Source of the DNA: a virus | Strand: one strand, 5' to 3' | Length of the DNA: 64,000 nucleotides | IMG/VR virus record: IMGVR_UViG_3300006793_000018 | Span: 1-64,000 of that record | Part shown: positions 38,797 to 49,052 of the stretch, one piece after another | How the letters are laid out: each line of letters begins with the position of its first letter | How positions within the stretch are numbered: position 1 is the stretch's first letter | Position numbers and translations under genes: made by a program | Notes under the pieces: generated by a model | Seen by the model: the letters and a program-made list of their open reading frames with translations, nothing else | Told to the model about the DNA's origin: nothing | The model's database searches: none

Positions 38797-39146
38797 GGTA
38801 CGAGGATTTGGTTGCTTTTCTTGATGAAGATCTGCCAGAAGAGGATCGGCCTCAACTCAATCTTTCCCAAGCAACCATTTTATCGTACCAAGCAATTACA
38901 TTCGCCCTTGGAACGCATTTCAACTGCCCCCCCCATTTTTGGGATGATCAGCCTCCAGATCGGGTTCTGCTCGATTACATGATTGTGCGAGCAGCCGCAG
39001 ATAAGAAGGCGGAGATGCTCGAACGGATGAAGAAACAGGCAGAAAGGCAAATGAAACACGGAAGAGGCAATAAGGGGCAACCACTACGCACAACAAGCGA
39101 TGCCGACTTCTTTGAGCGTCATAATCAAAAAATAAGTGGTGATTAA
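38784..39146 (+). CDS. Tail assembly chaperone frameshift extension (gpT-like)
   Basis: -1 frame relative to the 38437 ORF, reading PFGVGYEDLVAFLDE...; no clear independent SD. Confidence 0.7.
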   Translation, partial: PFGVGYEDLVAFLDEDLPEEDRPQLNLSQATILSYQAITFALGTHFNCPPHFWDDQPPDRVLLDYMIVRAAADKKAEMLERMKKQAERQMKHGRGNKGQPLRTTSDADFFERHNQKISGD

Positions 39147-40569
39147 GATCGGACAACTTGACGAATATGTTTCATCTCTCGCTAAGATGAATGTTCTCAA
39201 CAAGAAAAACGCAAAATCAGCAAATCTTCTCAACATTCAATACAAACTGATGCAAAAGACATTTGGCCCATTTTTAGATCTGTTTATCGACACCAAAAAC
39301 ACATTTGAAACTGCCAAAGAAGTGCTTCCTAAATTCACCGACGAGGTGGAAAAGGTGGGAGAGGCTGTTGAGGTGGCAATGGGTCCAATTGGGTTGATGT
39401 TGAAGGCAATTCGTATGATGAACACTTCTATGATCATGATCTTAGGTATTTTTGCCGCCGTTGGTGCTGCGGTATATTTGCTTTCGTCTTACGTAGGAGA
39501 GGGCGCAGGGAATTTTGAAATTCTCAACAAAGTCGGTGAAGCATCTAAGGGATTATTCGCAGCGATCAAGGATACTTTTGACACACTAATGGGGGCGTTA
39601 GGAGGATTTGATTTTGAAGGCACAGCAACAGTTGTGTTGGCAGGTTTGCAGGGAATTTTTGATGGTTTAGGGATGATCCTGATCGTATTTATCACTCTTT
39701 ACACAGAGATTATATTGGGAATTGGCACAATCGTACAAAAGATGGAGGAAGCAGGTATGATCCAAAGAATAATCGATTCAATTGGGGTTTTGGTCGGCTC
39801 AGTTGCTGTTGCTTTTGGGTTCATCTTCTCGGCTCTTGATGAGACTGGATTTACCTTTGAAGACTTACTCGACGGTATTCGCTCGTCGTTTGACATGGTG
39901 ATCAAATTTCTTTTCAGTAGCGGCCTCATTGAATTTGTAGTGAGGGTGATCGAACTGATTTCGGCTGTTTGGTCAATTATTATCGTTGTTTTTGGCGCAC
40001 TTGTGTCGATATACATCAAAGTGTGGGCGAGACTCGGACCTCCGATGGTTAGGTTCGTCCTTGCTGTATTCGCATTCTTGGATCCAATTGTTCGGATTGT
40101 CACAGGGATTTTAGGGGTGATTATGGACAAAGTGATGCAATTGATTACTTGGTTATTGCCGTATTTCTCCGCAGGAATGGGTACGCTCATGGAAACACTT
40201 GAACCCATCATCGATAAGGTCGCATGGCTGATAGACGGAATTAGTTCCGTGGTCAGTAGCGTTGGTGGCAAGATAAGCGGTGCTGCTGACTACTTGGGAT
40301 TCAGCGATGGTGGAGTAGCAAGCGGTCCATCCAGTGGCTATCCGGTAGCATTACATGGAACAGAAGCAGTTGTTCCACTTCCTGACGGGCGAACGATCCC
40401 TGTTTCGATAAAAGGCGACATGGGCGGTGGAGGAAGCACAAATAACATCACCATTAACGTCAGCGGAGGAGGCAATGCAAAGGAGATTGCAAAGGCTGTT
40501 AGTGAGGAAGTTAGCAAGGTCATGCGAACCAAATCACGTGGCAATTCCTACACAAGGGGCGTGATTTGA
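39136..40569 (+). CDS. Tape measure protein (short, hydrophobic)
   Basis: Follows chaperones; helical hydrophobic repeats; C-terminal FSDGG..SGP..GY...LHGTEAVVPL, NNITINV. Confidence 0.8.
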   Translation: MVIKIGQLDEYVSSLAKMNVLNKKNAKSANLLNIQYKLMQKTFGPFLDLFIDTKNTFETAKEVLPKFTDEVEKVGEAVEVAMGPIGLMLKAIRMMNTSMIMILGIFAAVGAAVYLLSSYVGEGAGNFEILNKVGEASKGLFAAIKDTFDTLMGALGGFDFEGTATVVLAGLQGIFDGLGMILIVFITLYTEIILGIGTIVQKMEEAGMIQRIIDSIGVLVGSVAVAFGFIFSALDETGFTFEDLLDGIRSSFDMVIKFLFSSGLIEFVVRVIELISAVWSIIIVVFGALVSIYIKVWARLGPPMVRFVLAVFAFLDPIVRIVTGILGVIMDKVMQLITWLLPYFSAGMGTLMETLEPIIDKVAWLIDGISSVVSSVGGKISGAADYLGFSDGGVASGPSSGYPVALHGTEAVVPLPDGRTIPVSIKGDMGGGGSTNNITINVSGGGNAKEIAKAVSEEVSKVMRTKSRGNSYTRGVI

Positions 40570-41819
40570 TGCCAATGATCCAATTGATCCGTCGTGATGG
40601 AGGGGTTGTTGAACTGGAAGCGACTAATATCTCCTTATCAGTTCAAAGAAACATTATCGGTCCTCACCCGATCCCTCTGTTAGCCACACGTGCAGCCTTA
40701 GACCTGAACACTCCATCTCTCGCCATCACCGTTGAAGGAGTGATTAGTGATGACGAAAAACCAACCCCTGGTGTTGGAGCAAACATGAGCATAGATTTGT
40801 CACTGGCATTTGGCGCAGCAGGTGCAACTTCTTGGTGTGGATCATTGAATTTGCTTTGGAGCGCAATGATTGACGAGATGGAGGATGTCGTTATTTCTTT
40901 CCGCACAAAGGGTCAAGTTGATGCCGGTTTGGGTGAAAAAAATCAATTGTTTTTGAAGAACGGTAGCGCATCAAACGTCGTTGACACCACCAGCATCATT
41001 TACACGGACATATCCTCGACCACTAATACCAGCACCCTTTCAACTGCGATTCAAAATGCTTTGAATGGATCGAGCATCAAGGTCGATGGAATTACAACTG
41101 CATTTACGAACGTTTGTACCGTATCTTCTAAGGCAGGACAAGCAGCATCGATTTCGTTTGAAACTCAAAATGGATCATCAGGAGCATACGCAAATGAATT
41201 GATTGAGATTGGAAACGATGTAGTGGGTGAATCAGGAAACATACTCGTCGTGGTTGAGAAAAGTGCGTCAGCAAGTTCTCAGTCTTGGACAAATCAATTC
41301 TTCGTATCTAACATGCGTGGTGGAGTGGATCCTGTTAAATTGACAAGAGGAGATAAATTGCAAGATCTTCTCAACATGATTGTCAACCCAAGTGTGGGCG
41401 GGGGATTGATTAGCCCACAAGTTTTGGCAGGTTCAATGATTGATTTGCCAAATTCAATAGCGTCAGTTGATTCATCACAGTTCTTAAACATTGGAAATGC
41501 AAAAGCCGTGAGAAAATATATTGTGGGGATCAGAATCCCTTACGAATCCCTTGCATCTTCCGTTAGTGGGAATCGAGAGTTGAGGCAATTTTTGATACCT
41601 TCGGGACCTGGCACTGATATTTCTTCTAACTCGAATACTGAGATTTACGATCCGTTTGAAACAATCAACAACAAGACTGTTCGCCCAAGTCCTTTCACCA
41701 ATCAAGGGGTCGCAATCCCTGCCGTGGTTAGCACCTTTGATCCTGGTTATGAGGCCGGTGATTCTGTCTGGAACTACTCTCTCACCATGCTCCCAGTTGA
41801 ACAATTGATCGGGTTGTGA
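40566..41819 (+). CDS. Putative distal tail/hub protein
   Basis: Immediately after TMP; beta-rich. Confidence 0.55.
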   Translation: MMPMIQLIRRDGGVVELEATNISLSVQRNIIGPHPIPLLATRAALDLNTPSLAITVEGVISDDEKPTPGVGANMSIDLSLAFGAAGATSWCGSLNLLWSAMIDEMEDVVISFRTKGQVDAGLGEKNQLFLKNGSASNVVDTTSIIYTDISSTTNTSTLSTAIQNALNGSSIKVDGITTAFTNVCTVSSKAGQAASISFETQNGSSGAYANELIEIGNDVVGESGNILVVVEKSASASSQSWTNQFFVSNMRGGVDPVKLTRGDKLQDLLNMIVNPSVGGGLISPQVLAGSMIDLPNSIASVDSSQFLNIGNAKAVRKYIVGIRIPYESLASSVSGNRELRQFLIPSGPGTDISSNSNTEIYDPFETINNKTVRPSPFTNQGVAIPAVVSTFDPGYEAGDSVWNYSLTMLPVEQLIGL

Positions 41820-44161
41820 GATACATGGCAATGCACACTCTTCGTTCAAAGGCAATCCGATTTAACGGATTTACAGACGGTATTGTGGTTCCAACAGGCC
41901 AGTTCAAAGAAAGCGGAATCAACTTGCTTAGGCCCACATACAGCGGATCAATAAATACAACGAAGAGCCATGCGACCAAGATCGGAAGAATACATTTTCC
42001 GGCTGAGAGCAACCCTTTGAACGCCATATTAGGACCGTTCACCATTGAAGCGTTTATCGTTCCCAATTATGGCGGAACAGTTGTTTCAAAGCCAGGGTGT
42101 TTCTCTTTGAAAGTCGGAGATCCGTTCAAGAATGCGCCCATAGAATTCAGTGTTAATTGCATAGGGCGTGTATTTACAGTTGCTACTGCTTTTGACATCA
42201 ACGTTCTTCTCGAATCTCATTCTGGCACATACTCTGGAGGGCAGCACAAACCAAGCGATCTAACCGAAGGAGCGCAGCCTTTGATGATGGTTTCCGCACA
42301 GTTCACTGGGGATGAGATGAAGATTTTTGTCAATGGAAATTTGGTTGCTTCCCTGAATCTTATTGAAAATCGTATTTTGGACAATGTTTCATCCGATCTC
42401 TTCATTGGAGGGAGAGGAGGCGAATACAGAGGATTGATTGAGAGTGTTCGTATTTCAAGAGGCATCATAGAGCCTTCCGTACAACCTTTCTTTGTCCAAG
42501 ATCAAACAATTGGTTTTTGGGATTTTAATGATGAGATTCACATGCCGAATGTGCATTTCTTCAACAATCGAAATGAAACGGCTGGATCTCAAGGAAGGGA
42601 CTCTTCTGTCTTTACCTCGCTACTCGAAATTCCAATGGTCATGCTTGGGTATGATTTTCAAAATATCAATGATTATGGCTATTTCAAGGTGTACGAACAT
42701 CCCGATCATGCATCAGGTAAAAACGATGAATACTCAGCCCTTGAAAGATTGGCATCTTACATCACAGGGCTTGATTTACCAGATGTAAAAAAGCAAACAT
42801 GGTATGCATCCAGTCTTAATGTCAACTCATCCACTTATGGATCAACAACGGGTTCGTTGGATTATTTAGGGGCTGATCGCATTCGACAGTCTTCATTGAA
42901 TGCGGTGATTAACCAATCGGGAACTCATCCCTTGACCGGACTTTCACAAACTGCAAGCGCACGTTTAGTTAATCTCAGCACTGGAAGTACGGTTGGAACA
43001 GCCGTTGTTTCGGATCTGGATCCTATGGTAAATCCGATTGAAAGAATACGAATTATTTCCTTAGATTTTGCAAATAATCGTATTGTTTGCCAGTCGGTCC
43101 ATTTGGTAAATGATGACACTGCGTCAGCAACTATTGAGAACAATCCCAAAGGTCAAGGTTTGATATTTGACCACGCAGATGGCACTCCTATTTGGCTCAC
43201 TTTGGGGAATGGAGATTTAATCATTGACCCTGGGAACAAAGACACATCTGCCGCTGTCGCAAATATGACTACTCGTCAAAAAGACGCATTCACACGTGCC
43301 GAATTTACTCAAGGACAACGATTTGAAGATCGAAGCAGGAACAGAAACACCGCTTACTTTTCATCGACTCAAAGCCGAATCACAACAGGTACTGCCGCAT
43401 CGATTTCAATCAATCCTGAACCCGATCCTCCAAAGGACAATTTGCTTATGTGGATCAATGTAGGGGCATTAACTGGAGTATCGGACGGAGCAACGGTTTC
43501 TTATCTTCCTGATCAAAGTGGGAATGATTTTTCACTTTATACGATAGGAACATGGGTGTATGAGGAAAATAGTGCTTCATTCAACTCCAAACCTGCTTTG
43601 AAATGCACATCTTCCGATGGGGCTTTGATGAACATCGGAACAAACGATGGAGAATCAAAGCAAATTATTCATGCAGGTACATCGTTCACAGCCTTTTGGC
43701 TTGTTTCAGCGCGTTACAGTGGAGCATATAATACTGATCTCATTGGGCAAAACGGAGGCTTGCCTAAGACATTTTTTGGCTTCGCAGCGTCTGCCGGAGG
43801 CTCCTTTTTGACCAACAACGGGATTACAACTACAAATGCATCCTCAACAAGCCTAAGCGAACCAGGTTTGTTCTCTGCAACATTCGATGCTACAACTACA
43901 AATATGACAGTTCACTACCACTCTGCGAACGAAACAACCTTTGTTGCTAAGATCACCGGACCCGTCAATTTTGATAACTCTCTCTTCACCATTTTTGGCC
44001 GTGGAGCATCATTCGATCCAGCCGCTAAAACGGGAACAGCGACGAACAAAATACTTCAACACAGCGAATTGGCAGAATTCATTCTTTACGAAAAGTCCAT
44101 GAATGACGCCGAAAGGCAACAAGTGCAGGGGTATTTCCTCGACAAATATACGGTGATATGA
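41816..44161 (+). CDS. Tail-tip protein with LamG/ConA-like domains
   Basis: FTIEAFI..MKIFVNGNLV..LFIGG...YRGLIESVRIS; second domain ending LAEFILYEKSMNDAERQQVQGYF. Confidence 0.75.
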   Translation: MRYMAMHTLRSKAIRFNGFTDGIVVPTGQFKESGINLLRPTYSGSINTTKSHATKIGRIHFPAESNPLNAILGPFTIEAFIVPNYGGTVVSKPGCFSLKVGDPFKNAPIEFSVNCIGRVFTVATAFDINVLLESHSGTYSGGQHKPSDLTEGAQPLMMVSAQFTGDEMKIFVNGNLVASLNLIENRILDNVSSDLFIGGRGGEYRGLIESVRISRGIIEPSVQPFFVQDQTIGFWDFNDEIHMPNVHFFNNRNETAGSQGRDSSVFTSLLEIPMVMLGYDFQNINDYGYFKVYEHPDHASGKNDEYSALERLASYITGLDLPDVKKQTWYASSLNVNSSTYGSTTGSLDYLGADRIRQSSLNAVINQSGTHPLTGLSQTASARLVNLSTGSTVGTAVVSDLDPMVNPIERIRIISLDFANNRIVCQSVHLVNDDTASATIENNPKGQGLIFDHADGTPIWLTLGNGDLIIDPGNKDTSAAVANMTTRQKDAFTRAEFTQGQRFEDRSRNRNTAYFSSTQSRITTGTAASISINPEPDPPKDNLLMWINVGALTGVSDGATVSYLPDQSGNDFSLYTIGTWVYEENSASFNSKPALKCTSSDGALMNIGTNDGESKQIIHAGTSFTAFWLVSARYSGAYNTDLIGQNGGLPKTFFGFAASAGGSFLTNNGITTTNASSTSLSEPGLFSATFDATTTNMTVHYHSANETTFVAKITGPVNFDNSLFTIFGRGASFDPAAKTGTATNKILQHSELAEFILYEKSMNDAERQQVQGYFLDKYTVI

Positions 44162-47100
44162 TGTCTGATCTCAACGAACCAACAGAGGAGGGATATTCGG
44201 GGATGGCGGGTATGACCGCTTACAACCACGTTGAGGCTGACTTCTTTTTGAGCAAAGTTCCAGCGTTTGATAGTCAAGTGGTGAAACAAACAATCCAAGG
44301 TGTTGTTGACGAATTTATTATGAAAACGGATGAGGTCGCACTACAATCGGTTTTCTCCGAAAATCAACCCGTAAAGATCACAGAAACGGTATATTCCAAA
44401 GAAACCAAAAGCGTGATCAATAAATCTTTGACCTCGTATGGAGTTGGTGATTCAGGAAAACCTTTCAATCGTATTGTCATACAAGCAGGAGCGGGGGAAT
44501 ACAACAATTCTCTTTCGAGCAATGTTTCATCATCAGTTCACGATGAGATTATAGCCATAGCCGTTGAAGACATACGGCCTTTCATGATTAAGGGGCTTGA
44601 CATTGATTATGAATCCGAAATCGTTGATGGAAAGCCAAAAAACGATGGATATATTCGTCATTTGACCCCAGTTGACAAACCGCTAATTGCTTCGATCAAG
44701 TCACCTTCGGTATTGACTTCAAACGGTGGCCCAAGCCGGATCCTAATTTATTATGATGCTATTGATCTTACAGGAGAAGTCGTGGCTGGCACAAGTCTGC
44801 CCAAAAGCGATTTCAATGAAAGCATGAGTAACTTCTATGCTGGAACAAAGAAGCCATACTTAATCGTCCAAAAAACCGTTCCAGCCGCCTCCACGGTCTT
44901 TGACATTGGCGGAACCCCTCGAACATTATCGGACATCCTTCTCAAGCCCTACATATCCCCTCCTGCGGCCAATAACGACGTGCAACTTGAGATAACTGCC
45001 GCTGGAGGTTTGGTCAGCATCCCATCTGCCAACTTCAAACGGCCACTTCATTCTCATGCATTGAAATCTCATGGTCAAGGTGGGAGAATGGAATCGCCTT
45101 ACATTGATGTGAGCGAGTGCTTTATTTCAATGAAGAACTCAATACTTGGATATGGCCGTCCGAGAGCAGTTGATAATCCAAACATACCAGATCAAACATC
45201 TAACCCATCTCATCATGTCATGGTCATAACTCCCTCAGTTGGGTCCAACCTAAAACAGCACAGTTCGACAAAACAAACCCCTTCTGGGCTTTCAAGATCA
45301 AGTCTGCAAGTTTTCAATGTGATCGATAATACACTCTCATTCAATGAAAATCTTGTTTTAGTCGTACCTTCAAATCATAGCCGACATGCCGTGTTGGATG
45401 ATTTTATGACTTCGGCTAATTCAATATCTCCATCGCTGATCACAATCGAAATCGCATTGTTGACTGGCCGTGCTGAACAATTCAATGTTCAAGTTAAAGG
45501 AAATGCGGCTGAGTTAGAAGTTCGAGGCCGTTCCAAATTGATGGACTTTTCTAACCAACAGGTTGATCGAGATTTGAACATGGGGGAGTCGATTCCAATC
45601 AAGGAGATTGGAGATTTAGGAACTCCAACAACTACCTTGTCACTTGGCGGTTTGGGGCAAGGAGGAATAGACGCCAAGCCCATATGGGACGAACATAACA
45701 ACCTCGCAGGTTGGAAAGATCGAATCATTGGAACTGGAAACCCTTCTGTTCGGAATGATAAGCAAACATCAACTCATTATGCTTCAACAAGGGCTTTGAC
45801 AGAAATTCCTTTGTTCCCTTCAATGTTTTATGACATTGAAAAAATACACGGGGATGGAACCGATTTGGCGCATCCTTATGGGCAAGACTTCACCATGGTT
45901 GTTGATGCCACCATGACCGCAGGAAATCGGCCTCAAGCGCAACATATTGAAGGAAAGAATGCCATTGACTGGGGTATGAGAGATACAATCGCTGCAATTA
46001 GGGTCAACCAAGATGTACCGTTAATCACTTCATTTACAAATTCCTATGCGATCCGCTGTCAAAACACCATAATCCAAGGCGTCGTCACTGGATACGCTCT
46101 CACCATTGGGACCACTAACTCGTACATTCAACTTGACGATACAGAGGCTTTTCAAAACGAAGCAGGTCTAAACATAGACGGGGCTGGAAATGTCAATGGG
46201 AAGTGTTTTGTCACCATCGGTGAAGGAATTGTAACGGAAGATGCCAATAGGCAAGACGTGTCCTACTACATGATGAGAATACACAAAATCGATAACACCT
46301 TGAATCGGATATATCCTGATCTGGCTTATGTGAGATCTTTTGGATCCGACACGTTGAGGACTTTTGATACAGCGGCATTGACAAGAGCAGATGCACATTT
46401 GTTCACAGGCGCAGTTGTGATGTTAGGGGGGGTTATTGCGAATTCCAATGTTCACCCTCAATCTCCAAATTATGATGCCTCAAATCAACAGACTATCATT
46501 GAAGATATTCAAGACGCAGTTCAAGAATGCTTAGGTCAGGATGACCAAGGGGTTCGGACTTACCCCAATTCTCAAGTTTATATGGCGAGAGATTTGATTT
46601 TAATCTTCAATGATCGTGTGAGTATGTCGGGTCTTGAGTTCGACATATACAACGAATTCGGAGGAAAGAATGATGTATATTCAAGATTACCAATTGAGTG
46701 CATTCCATACTTTGCGGGATTGAAAGGAATTAGCAGTTCGGGTAGTTTATCATATGTTACGCCTCAGCAGATTCAGTTGAGAGACATTGCAACAAAATCG
46801 CAGAGTTTTTCAGATTGTGTGAATGAAGTCATTCGTAGGATCAACATGAGTGGACACGAAGAATCAAAGACTACAAAGGGATTTAGTGCTTATGATACAT
46901 ACATTGATGATATTAACGCAAATGGATCTCATCTTGGTTATGTTCGTGCTTTTATGGGAAGCCCTGTGGAATCAAAGGATGGCGAAGAAGGTCTTTCAAT
47001 TGTGATCCATTCCACAGTACCTGGTGCTGCTGGAAGAAATTTCGCAGTATGGTTTGAGAACAGGAGTTCATACGCTTACAGGCCAATACAAGCGTTTGGT

Positions 47101-49047
47101 TTTGGTGGTCTTTTAGCAACGAACAGTCGAACATATGGAGCCAACTCTTTCGCTGCACCCCTTCCGATTGGATCCGATGGAGAAACATTTGTTCCTATAA
47201 CCACATTTACTGGCGCACCACATGGTCGTACTATCGCATGGGCTTCAAACGACATAAGATCATATGATGGTATCGGACAGCGGTACACCGCAAAAACAAC
47301 CAATGTAGGCACATCAGGGAACGCTTATGGCACTTATTCTGCGGGTGTCATTTCAAAAATAAATGTTGAGATCGGAACCATAGATTATTTGGCCCGATCC
47401 AACATCCTTGCAAGCCAAACAAATCAAGATGTCAATATCATCATTAGGATTGGTTCAAGTTTGGCAACTGTCGATGAGGTTGGACCCACAAGTGCTGAAA
47501 CAGGAGTTGTGACGCTGACAAATGTTCGCCCCTATGAGGACGCAAGGGCATTCTATGATTCACTTTATGATAATTCGGGAGCGGAAGTTCTCGGCTTGGA
47601 CGTTGTATTCTTGAATCCATTGATGGACAAAGACGGTATTATTTTCTTCGGAGGAGGGCATACTGGTGTCGTTTTTGATGTTAGCGATGGTACAAACAGC
47701 GACTATTCGGAGGAATACAATCATCCGTTATCCAAAGGCCCAACAGGATTTAGCGGATTCCAAAATTTGGGAGATTTCCAAGGTGCTTCTGCTGTGCTTG
47801 ATTTCACAGATCTTCGCAATGAAGATACGATCAATGACAACACTTTTCGGGGATTTCACCATCGAGATGAGTTGGACGAAAACGGTGAGCCTACTGGATT
47901 ATGCCGAATGTATGTGAGGTGCATTGACAATGCGATACCAAACGAAGCATTTGGAATAGGGAGTTTTACACAAGATAACACGGAATGGCGTGAGGATCTG
48001 TATAATCGCAAAGTACGCCTTACATCAACTGGTTTTGCTACAACCACCCCAACAATCACTGATGGCATTGAGGTGACAGGGGGATCGAGTCTTAGGGCCA
48101 AATCATGGTGGCATGAAGACGTGGTTGCTCTATTCAATAACAATGGAGGGACAATCGAAGCAGAACATGGAGAGGTAAAGGAATTTGATCCTCGAAGCGC
48201 ATCAAATGCAAAATGGGGAATATCTGCTGTGATTAAACCAGGAGCGGATTTAACTCATTTCACAGGTCCAATACTACACGGAATTTACAACGATGGAACC
48301 ACGACTCAAGGACATCCATGGGGGTTGCATGTTGCGGGTCAGCCACCAGTAGGACCAGATCAGGAGATGACAGTTGCACTTAGCAATGCAACAGGAGTTC
48401 CCTTCGGCCTTCCTATTGCTACATCGGTTTTAGTTCCTCAAGCCATGCCAAGCGGGGTCTTGAGAGTAAATACTGGTGGATGGACTTTTGTGATGGCAGG
48501 AGTGGACGGAACCACAGGCGAATCATATTGTTACATAGGCAACACCGTTGGGATTACTGATCCAAACGACCCAGGTGCCGGTATGTCTCCTTCAATTCAC
48601 GACTTTTCATTGTGGATGTCAAATGTGCCGGATCAAAACTACGGACCCGCAGCGATTGGTCCTAACAAAAGAAATACCTTTGATACACAATCAAACGGGT
48701 ATGCAGGAGGTGTTGCCGATCACCCTGATGTGCCTTCTGCTTTACAGACTATCCGTGATTTGGATATGGCTACTATTGGGTGTGCTTTGATTGGCGCACC
48801 TTATGTTCAATTTACAGGGGCGCAGAATACCCAAGGAGGATTTCCATGTCCTCCGTTTGTGGGATATTTCAGTGGTATGCTGTCTGGAGCAAGCACATAC
48901 GGAACAATTGATGCAACCGGCACGACAGGAACAAATTCAGCAGGACCGATACACTTTGCTGGATTTTTGTCCGAAGTCGCTTTATGGAAGCGTAGGTTGT
49001 CATTTGCTGAGGCGGATACCCTTTGGGCTGGCCGCAACATTTGGTGA
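44158..49047 (+). CDS. Large tail-tip/baseplate protein with C-terminal LamG-like domain
   Basis: 1629 aa; LEVRGRS hub-like motif; HFAGFLSEVALWKRRLS. Confidence 0.7.
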   Translation: MMSDLNEPTEEGYSGMAGMTAYNHVEADFFLSKVPAFDSQVVKQTIQGVVDEFIMKTDEVALQSVFSENQPVKITETVYSKETKSVINKSLTSYGVGDSGKPFNRIVIQAGAGEYNNSLSSNVSSSVHDEIIAIAVEDIRPFMIKGLDIDYESEIVDGKPKNDGYIRHLTPVDKPLIASIKSPSVLTSNGGPSRILIYYDAIDLTGEVVAGTSLPKSDFNESMSNFYAGTKKPYLIVQKTVPAASTVFDIGGTPRTLSDILLKPYISPPAANNDVQLEITAAGGLVSIPSANFKRPLHSHALKSHGQGGRMESPYIDVSECFISMKNSILGYGRPRAVDNPNIPDQTSNPSHHVMVITPSVGSNLKQHSSTKQTPSGLSRSSLQVFNVIDNTLSFNENLVLVVPSNHSRHAVLDDFMTSANSISPSLITIEIALLTGRAEQFNVQVKGNAAELEVRGRSKLMDFSNQQVDRDLNMGESIPIKEIGDLGTPTTTLSLGGLGQGGIDAKPIWDEHNNLAGWKDRIIGTGNPSVRNDKQTSTHYASTRALTEIPLFPSMFYDIEKIHGDGTDLAHPYGQDFTMVVDATMTAGNRPQAQHIEGKNAIDWGMRDTIAAIRVNQDVPLITSFTNSYAIRCQNTIIQGVVTGYALTIGTTNSYIQLDDTEAFQNEAGLNIDGAGNVNGKCFVTIGEGIVTEDANRQDVSYYMMRIHKIDNTLNRIYPDLAYVRSFGSDTLRTFDTAALTRADAHLFTGAVVMLGGVIANSNVHPQSPNYDASNQQTIIEDIQDAVQECLGQDDQGVRTYPNSQVYMARDLILIFNDRVSMSGLEFDIYNEFGGKNDVYSRLPIECIPYFAGLKGISSSGSLSYVTPQQIQLRDIATKSQSFSDCVNEVIRRINMSGHEESKTTKGFSAYDTYIDDINANGSHLGYVRAFMGSPVESKDGEEGLSIVIHSTVPGAAGRNFAVWFENRSSYAYRPIQAFGFGGLLATNSRTYGANSFAAPLPIGSDGETFVPITTFTGAPHGRTIAWASNDIRSYDGIGQRYTAKTTNVGTSGNAYGTYSAGVISKINVEIGTIDYLARSNILASQTNQDVNIIIRIGSSLATVDEVGPTSAETGVVTLTNVRPYEDARAFYDSLYDNSGAEVLGLDVVFLNPLMDKDGIIFFGGGHTGVVFDVSDGTNSDYSEEYNHPLSKGPTGFSGFQNLGDFQGASAVLDFTDLRNEDTINDNTFRGFHHRDELDENGEPTGLCRMYVRCIDNAIPNEAFGIGSFTQDNTEWREDLYNRKVRLTSTGFATTTPTITDGIEVTGGSSLRAKSWWHEDVVALFNNNGGTIEAEHGEVKEFDPRSASNAKWGISAVIKPGADLTHFTGPILHGIYNDGTTTQGHPWGLHVAGQPPVGPDQEMTVALSNATGVPFGLPIATSVLVPQAMPSGVLRVNTGGWTFVMAGVDGTTGESYCYIGNTVGITDPNDPGAGMSPSIHDFSLWMSNVPDQNYGPAAIGPNKRNTFDTQSNGYAGGVADHPDVPSALQTIRDLDMATIGCALIGAPYVQFTGAQNTQGGFPCPPFVGYFSGMLSGASTYGTIDATGTTGTNSAGPIHFAGFLSEVALWKRRLSFAEADTLWAGRNIW

Positions 49048-49052
49048 TGTAA

